From: the human T2T-CHM13v2.0 reference genome, Homo sapiens
DNA length: 64,000 bases
NCBI RefSeq assembly: GCF_009914755.1
Contig: NC_060926.1
Strand: one strand, 5' to 3'
Shown: positions 13,472 to 26,161 of the stretch, piece by piece
Layout of the letters: each line of letters opens with the position of its first letter
Position numbering within the stretch: position 1 is the stretch's first letter
Notes under the pieces: model-generated
What the model was told of the DNA's origin: nothing
What the model saw: only the letters and a program-made list of their open reading frames with translations
The model's database searches: none
Made by a program: the position numbers and the translations under genes

Positions 13472-15057
13472 TGTCACAGGATCCTCAGGGTGTTGCTTCA
13501 CCAGCCAGAAAGGCACTGTGGCCAGTGGTACCTCTGCTTGGGTTTTGCTTATTCCTGCTGGGCTTGTTCCACCCACTCTGCCCAGCAGGCTTCACTCGGC
13601 TGGTGCTACCAGTCTGGATCCCACACTTGACAAGGGCAAGCCAGGTGTGCAGTGGCGAGGAGTGTGTGAGCAAACAAGCACAGGGTCCAGCCACTACACC
13701 CAGCCAGGCATACCAGTTGTGGTGGCAGGGTGGGCAGCTCCAGGCGCCAGCACAGGCTTCAGCTCTGTGTGAGGCTATGGCTGGACCAGACGTACCCCGA
13801 GCAGCTTCCACCATAGGCACCAGTGTCTAGACAAGAGGAACATGATGGCATCAAAAAGCTTGGAGATGCCAGGAACCACAGAGCCCCAAAGAGGGTGTTG
13901 CAGTGTGTCACAGTCCTGGCTTGGGGATTTCTCAGGTCTGGGGTCCCAGAAGCGTCACAGCTCTTCATTCCTTCTTGTTGGCCGCAATGTGGCAAGTAGG
14001 GGGCGTGTTTCAGCCCTGTTTGTGTTACGGCTTTTTCTGTCCCACCAGTTGTCAGGTCTGAGGTTCTTGTCCTATGTCCAGGAAGATTGAGGTATGTGGA
14101 CAACTGGAGGGTGAGCAAGATGGAGAGGCACTTCATTGAGTGACAGAAGAGCTCTGAGGAGACCTGAAGTGGATAGCTTCTTTCTGTAGGTAGGTCATCC
14201 TGATGAGTGGCCAGCTCTCAGCAGAGGGGAGACCCATAGTGGGTAGCTCCTTTCTGCAAGCAAGTCAGCCCAATGAGTGTGTGAATCTGGCTGAGTCCAG
14301 GGTTTTTATGGGCTCAGAAGGGAGGTAGTGCATGCTGATTGGTCCATGGGTGGCCATGAGCAGGCCTGGAGAAAGCACCATAAGTTCTCACTCCAGGTCA
14401 CAGACTCCACACGGAACTGGCAGCCTGCCCCCAGGCTTCAGGCCATCCCTGATTTGAAGGTGGGGCTTCACCGAGGACCCACCCTTTCCCATCTAGGAAC
14501 CTGTCTGCCTCCTGCCATCATCAACATGCCAGCCATGATGCCCAGGCTGTTTGTGCTTAGGGGCACCTGCAGGCCCAGTCAAGCCACCCTCAGTCACCCA
14601 CTCTTGGCCTCCCTCGCTGAGCTCATCATTGCCCAAAGCTTCAGAGAGGACCTAGGCAGCAGGGGGCTGGCATGTCAGCACCACCCTGAGTGCATGCACA
14701 CCTGGCCAGGTCACGAGAGCACCTGGGCTTAGCTTCAACATTGCTCTGAAATCAGAGTGGGCACTGGAAGTGGGGAGACGTTAGGGAGTGGGAGCAGGCA
14801 CTTCTGAGCCTGTGGGGGCAGGGGGAGCTTCCCAGACCCCTGAAATTGCAGGGATGCTCACGTCTGGAGCCATGGTTAGGTGGCTGCAGCTGTACCCAAG
14901 AGCTCAGGGCTCCCATTCTGCCAACACAGTAGGGGGCAGGACTCCCACCTGCTCCCAGCCTTTGCCACTCCACGGAGTGTGCAGCTCTGGCCACACCTCC
15001 CCCACTGCAGCTGGTGTCCCCATAGTGGCTGCTCCAGATGGGCTGCCACCACTGTCA
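13472..15057 (-). mobile_element. MER52-type ERV1 solo LTR (~1.6 kb, GC-rich)
   Basis: Minus strand starts TGACAGTGGTGGCAGCCCATCTGGAGCAGCC as in MER52 and ends GGATCCTGTGACA; explains the GC-rich ORF cluster; no clear TSD. Confidence 0.85.
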
Positions 15058-16029
15058 CCCTGTGTCTGATACTCCTTGTATGAACTGGTTTCCCTTGACT
15101 AGATTAGAGCATAATGGTAAGTCTTTAGTTCTGAACCTCAGCAGTTACTATTTTTGCTGCTTTCCTTTAGAGGGCTTTGAAAGTCCCCCAGACAAATCTA
15201 GATTTGATACTGAAGGAAAAAGAAATCATGTAGCCTGTAGGGCAGAAAAGTTCTCCCCTTCTCTCTCTACATTCTCTCTGGTGGTTTTAGGAATGCACCT
15301 AGACAACAGAATTTCATATTTTTTTCTTTTTGGTATCCTTTCCAAACAAATAGGTTATTTTTGCTTTCATAAAGTATTTGTGGAGTGGAGAACTCTAATT
15401 AATTCTCAACTTGAACCAAGAAGTGTAAGATTTGCTATAAAATTTAAATTCTGCTACAGTTTTGACTATCTCCAGCCAAAGCTCCTTCTAATTAAGGCTA
15501 TTATTGAAGCAAGAGTGGAAAAAATGGGAGTCAATATTACCCCACTTATATATTTTGTTTGGTATAAATATTGTTCTAAAACATGAACGCAAATATCTTT
15601 AGGCAGGATCTATGCTTTCCATTTTATTACAATGCTCACCATTTCCTATCATCTTTGCTTCAGTCACTGAATTTGACTGGCCTTTGATGACATATAAATT
15701 CTTATTAAAGACTCAAGTGATTTTCTTCTATTTTGCATTTAAATCATATTAAAATCAATTTAACAAATAATAATTGGACACAAAGTAGTCCAAAAAATCA
15801 CACTTTTTTGGACACATTGCAGAATACAATAGATATAAAGTGTGAGGCTGGTCCACAAAAAAATAATAACAATATCTTATATAACCTTACAAATCTGCAT
15901 TTTCTTTTTAACACTGCTATTCTGTGGCATACCATAAAGTCTGTCTAGAATACAGACTTGGGTACCGAGCGAGGGTTTGTATTTTTACTTTGTATTCTTA
16001 CTTTGACATTTGTATTCTTACTTTGACAC

Positions 16030-16650
16030 TGTGATGGTTAATATTGTCACCTTGATGGGATTAAAGGATCTCTAGATAGCTGGTAAAGTATTGCTTCTGG
16101 GTGTGTCTGTCAGAGTGTTGCCAGAGGAAACTGACATTTGAGTCAGTGGACTGGGAGAAGAAGACCAACCTTCAGTGTGGGTGGGCACCATCCAGTTGGC
16201 TGCCAGTGTGGCTAGAACAAAGCAGGAGGAAGAAGGTGGGCTAAGCTGGCTTTCTCAGTCTTCTGGCTTCCATCTTTTTCCTGTGCCGGATGCTTCCTCC
16301 CATCCCTCCTGCCCTTGGACATCAGACTCCAGGTTATTCAGCCTTTGGACACTGGGACTTGCACCAGTGGCTTGCCAGGAGCTCCCGGGCCTTTGGATAC
16401 AAACTGAAGGCTGCACTGTCAGGATTCCCTGGTTTAAGACTTTCAGACTTGGACTGAGCCAGTTTCTCTCTTCCCCAGCTTGCAGACAGCCTATCATGGG
16501 ACTTCACCTTGTAATCATGTAAGCCAATTCTCTCTAATAAGCTCCCTTTTATTTTTGTGTATATATGTATATATAAAAGGGAGTTTATTACATATGTGTG
16601 TGTATATGTGTGTGTATATATACACATTAGTAGCACATATATGTGTGTAT
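16030..16650 (+). mobile_element. MLT2A-type ERVL LTR, 3' end missing after its (TA/TG)n tract
   Basis: tgtgatggttaatattg...ctgggtgtgtctgt...catttgagtcagtggactggga...cttggacatcagactccagg. Confidence 0.85.
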
Positions 16651-16815
16651 ATTAACTGCGCATGGTGGCACATGGCTGTAGTCCCAGCTACTTGGGGGCT
16701 GAGCGAGGAGGATCACCTGAGCCTGGGAGGCAGAGGATGCAGTAAGCCGAGATGGCACCACTGCACTTCAGCCTGAGTGACAGAATGGGAGCTTGTCTAG
16801 AAAAAAAATAAAAAA
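16651..16815 (+). mobile_element. Alu right monomer (AluJ-like)
   Basis: atggtggcacatggctgtagtcccagctac...gaggatcacctgagcctgggagg...A tail; left arm absent. Confidence 0.9.
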
Positions 16816-17294
16816 GCATATTGTCTGATGTTATTTACTACAATGAATTTGCATTCTCAAGTGAAGCAGAGGCAGCAAGGTAGTTGAGAAGTGAAAATCT
16901 GGGTTTGAGTTTGTTTTTCATATTTTGTTTTCAATTTAGACTTTTCTGATCATTTGTCAACATGAAATCTGGGATAATGGTGGAAGCACTTAAAGGTAAG
17001 GGGAAAAGCTGAGCGAGGTTCCACATTTCCTAGTAAATTAAAGAGGAATCTCTAGGAGATAACTAGATGATGGAAATAAGAAATGAACCAAGTGTGATAT
17101 ATCCAAATAGCATGAGTACAAAAGAGTAGAGATTTTAGAAGTGGCTCTGAGAAGCATGCAGATCCCAATATGAACTCCTGACTCTAAGGATGCTTAAAAA
17201 ATGAGTAACAGATGAAAATGTATATATCTGTATATATGGACAAGGAAACTTCAGTTAAGGTATAAAATTGGAAGAATTTGGGGTAAGTGATCAA

Positions 17295-17550
17295 CGATAA
17301 CAGCAAACACTTCTTGAATGATCACTATGAGTGAACTTTGTGCTAGGCACCTTATATAATAATTTAACTTTATTCTTTCAGAAATTCTTTGAAATAAATA
17401 CTATTTGTATATCCATTTTACAAATGAGAATAGTAAAACACTGAGAGATCACATAAATTGTTGAAGACCACCATGCTAGTAAGCAGTGGAACCAACATTT
17501 TAAATGGAGCAGTTTCAGCCCAAAGTATACACACCAAACCTTTTGTTCTA
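17295..17550 (-). mobile_element. MIR
   Basis: ataacagcaaacactt...tgtgctaggcac...tccattttacaaatgagaatagtaaaacactgagag. Confidence 0.6.
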
Positions 17551-17639
17551 TGCTTCCTCCCAGGCCAATAATGGGAGGGAGTTTATTTGCTTTGTAGTAT
17601 AGCTTCCAGAGGACAAAGAAGAACAATTTGGAAAATATA

Positions 17640-18000
17640 TCCATTTAGTTATGCTGAGATAACAAATATGCCCCAAATTTCAGTAAAACCACAAATGTTT
17701 ATTTTTTCTTTTCATTAAATGTTAATTATGAGTTGCCTAGGAGCTCACCTCCCTATGAGTAAGCTCATGAGGCCACCACTGTGTATAGAATATTGCTCAC
17801 CTACGTTAGAGAGGAACAGACACTCCTGGATCAGCTTGCATTTGCAATGAATTGCTGTTGCCCAGAAGTAACACACAGCACTTCTCATATCTCATTGGCC
17901 ATAAACAGTCACATGACTAACAGCAAAGGGGTCAGAAAATGCAAACACGCTGTGTGCCATGAAGGCAGATAAATAGCTGGAAATACTAGGGAACATAATA
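17640..18000 (-). mobile_element. Old MLT1 (J/K/L-like) LTR fragment
   Basis: ttatgctgagataacaaatatgccccaaatttcagt ... atctcattggccataaacagtcacatgac. Confidence 0.55.
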
Positions 18001-18647
18001 ATGGCTGGAGCCAAGTGAACGGTACTCTCTGCTCTCCATTATTTCCTGGATAACTGATACCAAGATGAGTCTATAAGAAGAGAGGTGTGCTTGAAATAAC
18101 TTATGTATCCAGCAGCAATCAAAGATAGCAGAAACTCAGAGTTGTCCAGAAAAAATCAGCCTTTGGTGGGAATTAAGTGCATTCATATAGGTAAATGCAA
18201 ATCACAATGCCTGGCATAGAGTCAAGAACTTGGTAAATATTGTCAATTATTATAAAGTGCCAAGTTTTATTATGTTTTAAAATAAATGTATATGCATTCA
18301 AGAGTTTCTTAATGAGATACTGTTCACTCCTTTCCTGACCAAGAACATACAACAGTTCATTATTACATCTAGCTTATTATTACATATTAATACCTATTAG
18401 ACATATTTTTCACTTTTCCATTGAAGTCAAAGTTCTTATGAGTTATCTATACCATGTTCCACTCTTTCATCTCCTTTTCTTTATTTAACAGCCTGTAATC
18501 TGTCTTCCTCTCCATCACTTTACTGAAAATATCATCAGAGACCTTCTGGCCAAAACCAGAACAAATTAATATTGTGAGTCCTTTTCCTATCTGTACTTTT
18601 CAAAAGATAAATTCTTTTTTCCCCTAATACCACATTGTCTTAGTTTT

Positions 18648-18971
18648 TAATTTTGTTATTTTTATTTTATTTTGTTTTTTTACATATGGGGTCTCGCTCT
18701 GCCACCCAGGCTGGAGTGCATTGTCATGATCACAGGATCACAGCTCACCACTGCCTTAAACTCCTGAGCTCAAGCAGTCTTCCCACTTCAGCCTTCAGGG
18801 TAGCTGGGACTACAGGTGCATGCCACTGGGCCTGGATATTTTTTTTATTTTTTGTAGAGACAGGGTCTCACTTCATTGTCCATGCTGGTATTAAACTCCT
18901 GGACTCAAGCGATCCTCCCACCTTAGCCTCCCAAAGTGCTGAGATCACAGGTGTAAGCCACATACCCAGCC
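18648..18971 (-). mobile_element. AluJ
   Basis: ctcctggactcaagcgatcctcccacc and cctgagctcaagc (J diagnostics); TSD-like tcttagtt on both sides. Confidence 0.93.
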
Positions 18972-19059
18972 TCTTAGTTGTTTTTATGCTTTTTAGCTCC
19001 CCTTTTTTACCTTCCTTTATAGGTTCCTCTCTTCCCTCTTCTTTTTCCTTACTCCTACA

Positions 19060-19402
19060 GGTGGTATCCCCAGTGGTGGGTACTTTTCCTCCTCGGCTCC
19101 AGGTCCATGCGTCTGGGTCCTGCTGGATAGTCCCTCCCCTAATGATCTCACCTTCTACCGGAAGACCCACTGTGGTTTACCTTCCACTGGGTCCACTCAG
19201 ATCTCAGGCTCTGTTACACCACCCACTTTTGTTCCTCCAGCTCTCTAGAGGCAGAAGCATTCTGGGGTGTGGCTATTCTCTAGGTTGCTTCCCCATTTCC
19301 TCAACTTGTCTATTGCTTATGTAACTGATTCCTTCTATTGAATTTTCTCTGTTGGAAATATCTAAGGTAGTTTCAATTTTCTTATTGTATTCTAACTGAT
19401 AA
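19060..19402 (+). mobile_element. Old ERVL LTR (LTR33-like) 3' part
   Basis: Ends attgaattttctctgttggaaatatctaaggtagtttc...taactgata, as in the LTR33/LTR41 group. Confidence 0.45.
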
Positions 19403-20433
19403 AAATGGCTAAATCAATTTGTGGAGTAGTGATGGATTAGTGGAAATAGAGAGACTGGATTAAGAGAAGAAGTGGTACCAGAGTTCTGCAGTAATCACAC
19501 ATACCTAAATTATTTGCTTTCATTAACTTTAAGGATATTTTAAAACAGAGTGTGCACAGCAAGAGGGACTGTGATGATCCTGAGTGTTGAAATCTCACTG
19601 CATGATGCAAACTAAAAGGGCTTGGGGCTGTGGGTGTAAGAGTCATCTTGACCATTGACAGTGCAGTCACGTTGAAGAACAGACACACTTTATGTTGTTC
19701 TATGGTCAGCAATGAGGAGGATCAGATTATGAATAAACAACAGAATCTTCCAACAAACAAGGATGACTAGGCTGCCTCATGAAGTTTGAGTTGTCAGTAA
19801 CTGAAAATGGCCAAGCAAAGACCACAGGTCTATTTTTAAGGGACTCTTGTTCTACTGTGGAGCTGAACTGGGTAATACACAAAATCTTTTCCAAATTGAA
19901 AAATGGATGGCTTACCCAGGTCTCTGCAACCAGGTCAGCTGTAGCAGCAGAAGGAGAATATACAACCCCTGAATCAGAAAGTTCCAAAATGTCTTCAGTT
20001 TAAGTATACTTATATAAACCAATATAAATAAAACTCCATGCCATCCACCTATTTCCAAAGGGCCTCATAGTTGACAATTTACATTTGCAAGAAGACTAAG
20101 ATATGACTCATTTTATATCATATTGCTCTCAAAAAAGGCTTCATTAATTTGTACTATGCTGAGTGGAAATTATTCAAGAAGGCTGCTATTTCAATAGGAC
20201 TGATACTTGCCCATCTGGGTAGATCCATATCACAAGAGTTCACTGATAGACATATTCTGATGTAAAACCTTTTTTCTTGTTTTACCTCTACAGATTTTTT
20301 CACCTCACTTTCTCCTTGATTTTATCCCAAGTATTTTGAAAATGTTCCAATTTTGACATCAATCCAATTGCTGAGAACTCTAGCATAAAATGAAGAAAGA
20401 CACATAAAAAGAACAGCATTAACCATATAAGCA

Positions 20434-21400
20434 CATTCATGCCACATTTATAAGGCAATCAGAGAAAACATGCATATGTACCCAAGTCAGGCAATTTTAC
20501 ATGTGTAACAACTTATCTAATTAAAGAAAGAAATATTTGACAGATCTATACTGGTCAACTAATTACACATTTTCTTTTAACAATAACTAGAATTCAGATG
20601 CCATCTAATTACTATGTTTTCCATGATTGAAACCTTAAAATTTTTTTCTTATGTATCAATTGCAATAACATAGTTATTTACATCTATTTTTCTTGATATC
20701 TTTATTCTAAATGTCTTTCTTCTTTGCCTCAGTAAAAGTATTCCTCTCTATTGCATATAAATGCTGCATGATAAAAGTACCGCAAAATTTAATGTCTTAA
20801 ATAGCCTTTACTAAGCTTACAAGCCTTCAAGTCAGCAAATCAAGTTGAATTCTGCTGGGCTGGTCTCAGGTGGGCTCACTCGCATATCTGATGGCTATAG
20901 TCACAGAAGTGACTAGACCATGTGTCTCTCATCATTCAGCAGGTGAGCTTAAGCATGTTCTCATGGCAAAATTGAGGAGAAAAAAAATAGAAACCTACAA
21001 GTGCTATTTCAAGACTCTACTTGTCTCAAGTTTGCTACCAACCATTGGTCCAAGCAAGTCACATGGGCAATCACCGAGGCAGTGAAGGGTACAACGAAAG
21101 GGCATGCATACAAGACACCTGGATAAACTGGGACCATTCATGCCACATAAAGAAAACATGCCTAAGTGCACAGTTAATGCAATTTTACATGTGTAATAGC
21201 ATTCTAACAAAGGGATAAATCCTGTTATCTGTGCTGATCAATAGGTTAACTGGTTTTATTTAATAATATATTACAAACTCAAATGCCATCTATTTGCAAT
21301 GTTTGCCTTGATTGAAACCTTTAAATATTCCATATTTATCATTTGCTGAAAAACTTTACTTGATTTCTTTATTGTAAGAGTCTTTTTACTTTCAGCCCAA
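20434..21400 (+). repeat. Diverged ~270-300 bp direct duplication (20434-~20735 vs 21135-~21400)
   Basis: Colinear shared blocks cattcatgccacat, agaaaacatgc, gcaattttacatgtgtaa, atgccatcta, tgattgaaacctt. Confidence 0.8.
20740..21147 (-). mobile_element. MLT1 (G/H-like) LTR
   Basis: ctattg...gctgcatgataaaagtaccgcaaaatttaatgtcttaaa...ccattggtccaagcaagtcacatgg...ggaccattcatgccaca. Confidence 0.65.
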
Positions 21401-23599
21401 TGAATAAATAGACAGGTAAACCTCTTCCTGGTGTGCTGTTGGTTTTGCTGGAGAGCCTCTGTTCTTGAATTGAGGTGCTGACTGTTTATTTCCATGAGTC
21501 AAAAAGCAAAATTTAAACATACCAAATTGTCTACTGTCCATGGTTGGATCTTGGACAAACACAATGCAGCACTTTAAATATGGCTGTGGAAATGATTACT
21601 GCTGGTTGCTCATGAGGAATTATTCATCATCACCTCATGTGTTTGGTTCTTTCTTCACCTCCTACTCCACAGACATGAGTGCTCACCATTTTGTGGCCAT
21701 ATCTAAAAGAATTATTAGTCATTAACCTACCTCTTCACCAAACAAGTATTTTTCAAATAAGTATTAAGAATATTGTTTTTAATTGAAAAATAAACAACCC
21801 AGGTATATTTTGTCTACTAAACCATGGTTTTATTAAGGGTCGACATAAACCCATGCCGCCTCAAACTTCTGAAGCAATCAAATAGGTTATATGACTAAAA
21901 GGAACTACATATTATTAAGGTGTTTTTCCCTTCACATAAGATCTTTAAAGAAGATACTACAGCGGTAAATATAAGCCAAAAGCCTATTTTATGTGAAATT
22001 TTACCATACCTTACTTTTTTTTTTTTCCTTTATTTTACTGGATTTCAAAACACACATGTACATTGGCATGAATGTGACCTGTCTCATTATGAATAAAACA
22101 CCCAAGCAATATGAGCACATTTTAAAACAACAAAGAGTGTACAAAAGTTCAGTCTTCTGGAAAATGCTTGAAAGATATTGTGGATTTTTCCATTTACAGA
22201 AGCCTTATTGTTACTGTCCTTCCCACATCTGCTATTCATTTTGGGTACCTCCCCACAATTCAGTGAACAAAGGTGCCAAAATGTTGTTATTAATAATTCT
22301 CAAGTACCTTCTTCCTTTACTTCTAAATAAAAGATCTTTAATATATAGAAAGGATACTTAGTTTCACGTGAACCAGGATGCATAGTCTTAGCTACAGGTC
22401 TGTGGTTTGGGTGACACTATTTTGTGAAAACAAGGTGCACTGGCAGTTTGAGAGGCACAGGGCACAGTGTTGAGTGTGTTCTCTAGGATGAGATAAACCC
22501 AGGACACCAGGACCAGTTCAACCCGGGTCTCACAGAGATTGCTACGAACACTTGGCAACTTCTCAAACCCTAGTTTTCTCATCTGCTTATAATTCTTTAT
22601 AACTACAACAATAACACAAATGTCCTAGGGAAGGCTATTTTCTGGGGGAAAAAAAAACTGCAGAAGATCTTTCTATAAAGGACAGTACTCTATGACATAA
22701 ATTCCCAATCTCTCTTTTTTTGTAAATGTAGAATTTTGCCTTTTGATTTTTCCCTAAAGGAAGGCACGCCTATTTTTCTAGAATAAACAACCACAGAACT
22801 TCGTTAGTTTAGGGGCGGAAAACGTAAAGGTAGTGGTGTTTTTGTCCCACTGGCACAGATGCTTTAAGCTTTAAAACAACCTCCTACTTCTTAATCCCTC
22901 TCTCCATATTCTTGCCAAGCTCTCTGGAAATCTGAGTTTTGGACACCCTCCAATACCACATCTCATCCATATGCCTGCCACAGAGGAAGACATTCCGCAG
23001 GCTCTTTCCTTCACTCTATGAATGATTCATGTGTTAAGATCTTAAATACTCACTGAACGAAGGACCTAATGGCTTGAAAACCTGATCTGACGTCAAGGAA
23101 TTGTGCTGTTTTAGGGACATGCTTCTAAGGCTGGTTGTTTATCCTTGCTCAATCCCAAATCAGAAAGCCCTCTATTAGGCAAGCAGAGAACATGACGGTG
23201 TCCCCTTTTTGAGAATCTTTTCTGAGACTCACATTTCTAAAGAGCATTTCAGCTCCGGTGTCAAAATGGGGAAATAGACTTTTGCTGACAACAGTATATT
23301 TAAGTCTACACCAGGAAAAGTAAGTGAAAGGTTAATGTTATCATTTCATTTTCCTCCAAGAAAAATAAACCATATTTTAAAAATCACTTTCACCACCTAC
23401 AGCAAGATCACAAAACAAACTACAATCTACAGGGAGAGGCTGGCAACTAAAATAAGTGGGAATGATCAAGCCAGAGACTTGGTCCAGTCTAAAAGGGTAC
23501 AGTCCTTACTTAGCTAAATTTCAATGATTTTTAAGGAAGCACATGGAACCAGAATTGCCAGAACTTTCATAAATTCAACAGAAGCCATAAACCTTCATT

Positions 23600-23728
23600 C
23601 TTATGTGAAGTCTCCCACTTTTAAACATCGGTAATTAATTCAGACAAATGTAAACATTGTATAAGCCAAACAAACACATCTGTAGGCCAGATTTGGCCGG
23701 TAATGCCAAATTTGCAAAATTTGACCTC
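23600..23728 (-). mobile_element. hAT-Charlie MER102-like fragment
   Basis: gccaaacaaacacatctgtaggccagatttggcc...tttgcaa resembles the reverse complement of the MER102 terminus. Confidence 0.45.
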
Positions 23729-23899
23729 TAGCTCTACTTACTATTATTTCATTTAAAACTGTTGTAAATACTTTGGAGAAAAATTAAATGGAGCTTAGAT
23801 TCCTTAAAAAGTCTGTAAAACCCTGTCACAAGACTATAAAATGTCAAGAAAGTGATTTTACTTTATGAAACAGGGGAAGAGTGGAGGCCTTTAGAGATA

Positions 23900-24395
23900 G
23901 AAAGTTAGGAGTTAAAATCTTGGCTCAACTGTCTCCTAGCTGTGGGAACTAGAAGATGTTACTCAAATCCTCTGAACATACGTTTGTGAAACGGTGAGAA
24001 TATTCCTTTCCTATATGTAGTTTATAATTATATAATTACATAGTTCCTAGCATGTAGTAGGGACTTAATAAATTATGACTATTTATATTAGTATAATTTT
24101 CAGGATCATTTTAATAATAAACCTATAAAGATTATTAAGGAAACTAATACTATTAGCTTGTATTTATTGAGCTCTCATTATAATATAGGCACAGATCTTG
24201 TCCTGACACTTTTAATCATGAAAACAATCCTATGAAGGAAGTTCTATTATTAACTCCACTTTACACACAAGAAAACTAAGGACCAGCATGGCTTATTATC
24301 CAACCCAAGATGACACAAATAATAAGAGGCTGTGGGGAGACCGGGAAGGATTCAAAGGCTTCCTGCTATAGCATCTGAACTATTTACCATTACAA
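23900..24395. mobile_element. Two MIR fragments in opposite orientation
   Basis: aaatcttggctc...ctagctgtg (+); tatttattgagc...caatcctatgaag...ttacacacaagaaaactaagg (-). Confidence 0.5.
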
Positions 24396-25285
24396 TAAAT
24401 CAAAAAGTATGCTATATTCAAATTAATATTTGAGTTTGTTCCAAGCAATAAAGGTCTTGGGATTGTGAAAAGCATTTTAACAAAGAGGAAACGTACTCTA
24501 GTCTTACTGCAAAAGACCACCCTAAGCAATTTAAGGTAAATGCTTCTTTTTTAAACTTGGAAGGAAAAATCCAGATTTGCTCTGAACACTGCATGATAAT
24601 CTCTGGAAGTTAGATAAATGTCTCTTCTTTGTATGCACTTATATAACTTTAAATCTCTTAACTTGATATAAATTGAATCACTTAATATGTGTAATTTGTA
24701 ATTAGTTAAGAATTATTTGATAGCACTTATAAATAATTAGCTTTAGAAAAAGCACAGGGGTCCATAAAAAAGCATAGATTCTCTTTATGAAGGCAGAAAA
24801 CTTTGGGTAGACTAGCCAATTTCCATTGTCTTTCTTTTCTTTTTACCAGAACCTCAATTTTGCTAGCTTCTCACCTCTTCCTATCATGATAGGGAAGTTG
24901 AGTTCATCCCCAGTTGCAGAGTTGGGTCCTGGTTCATCCACAAATAGCTCCCTCCTGGTGTCTCCTACAGGTTTAGGGACAGGGATGTAGCCTGACTAAA
25001 AGGAAAGACTTGCATTCTGTGCTTGACATAAAACGTTCATCTCTGGCTTTTGCAGACTGGGAACAAGAAGACCTGCAGGGTCAACTGACATGAGGAACTA
25101 CTTCCCCCTTGAAAATGCAAGAAGAACCAGTCTCGGCATAAGGTAGACACCTAATATAGCAGAGGAGAAGGTCAGAAATAACAGAAGGTTTGCATGAAAT
25201 TATTGAATCAAAGCTCACCAAACATCTTGGTCATTAGTTTTATGAGACAGTAAACCACGATACTATCATCAGTGTTTTTTGTTTC

Positions 25286-26161
25286 TGATATGGTTTGGCT
25301 GTGTGTCCCCACTCAATGCCAGCCCGTGAAAGCAGCTGGGAGGGAGGCTATACCCTGCAAAGCCACAGGGGCGGAGCTGCCCAAGACCATGGGAAACCAC
25401 CTCTTGCATCAGCATGACCTGGATATGAGACATGGAGTCAAAGGAGATCATTTTGGAGCTTAAGATTTGACTGCCCTGCTGGATTTCAGACATGCATGGG
25501 GCCTGTAGCCCCTTTGTTTCAGCCAATTCCTCCCATTTGGAATGGCTGTATTCACCCAATGCCTGTATTCACTCAATGCCTGTATCCCCATTGTATCTAG
25601 GAAGTAACTAACTCGCTTTTGATTTTACAGCTCATAGGCAGAAGGTATTTGCCTTGTCTCAGATGAGACTTTGGACTGCGGACTTTTGAGTTAATGCTGA
25701 AATGAGTTAAGACTTTAGGGGACTGTTGGGAAGGCATGACTGTTTTCGAAATGTGAGGACATGAGATTTGGGAGGGGTCAGGGTGGAATGCTATGGTTTG
25801 GCTCTGTGTCCCCACCCAGATCTCGAATTGTACTCCCATAATTCCCACGTGTTGTGGGAGGGACCCAGTGGGAGATAATTGAATCATGGTGGTGGTTTCC
25901 CCTATACTGTTCTCATGGTAGATGAATCAGTCTCTTGAGATCTGATGGTTAGATAAGGGAAAATCCATTTTGCTTGGCTCTCATTCTCTTTCTTTGCCTG
26001 CTGCCATCCATGTAAGATGTGACTTGCTCCTCCTTGCCTTCCACCATGATTGTGATGTCTCCCCAGCCATGTGGAACTGTAAGTCCATTAAACATTTTTC
26101 CTGTAAAAATTACCGAGTTTTGGATATGTCTTTATCTGCAGCATGAAAACAGACTAATACA
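25286..26161 (+). mobile_element. Internally deleted THE1 (MaLR) provirus: ~30-bp 5' LTR stub, 3' end of THE1-int, full 3' LTR (25789-26161)
   Basis: tgatatggtttggct at 25286 and tgctatggtttggct at 25789; PPT gggaggggtcagggtggaa; ends gactaataca; 5-bp near-TSD gtttc/gttac. Confidence 0.9.
25876..25886 (+). promoter_or_regulatory. DUX4-type motif TAATTGAATCA in the THE1 LTR
   Basis: Matches the double-homeobox motif known from THE1/MaLR LTRs; binding not shown. Confidence 0.5.

Noticed and set aside
13262-15586. Dense cluster of overlapping 60-180 aa ORFs
   Set aside because: They lie in or run out of the GC-rich MER52 LTR, where stop codons are rare; no recognisable domain.
18653-19324. Longest ORF in the track (223 aa)
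   Set aside because: An antisense Alu translation ([19 protein letters not shown]) running into LTR-like sequence, with a non-ATG start.
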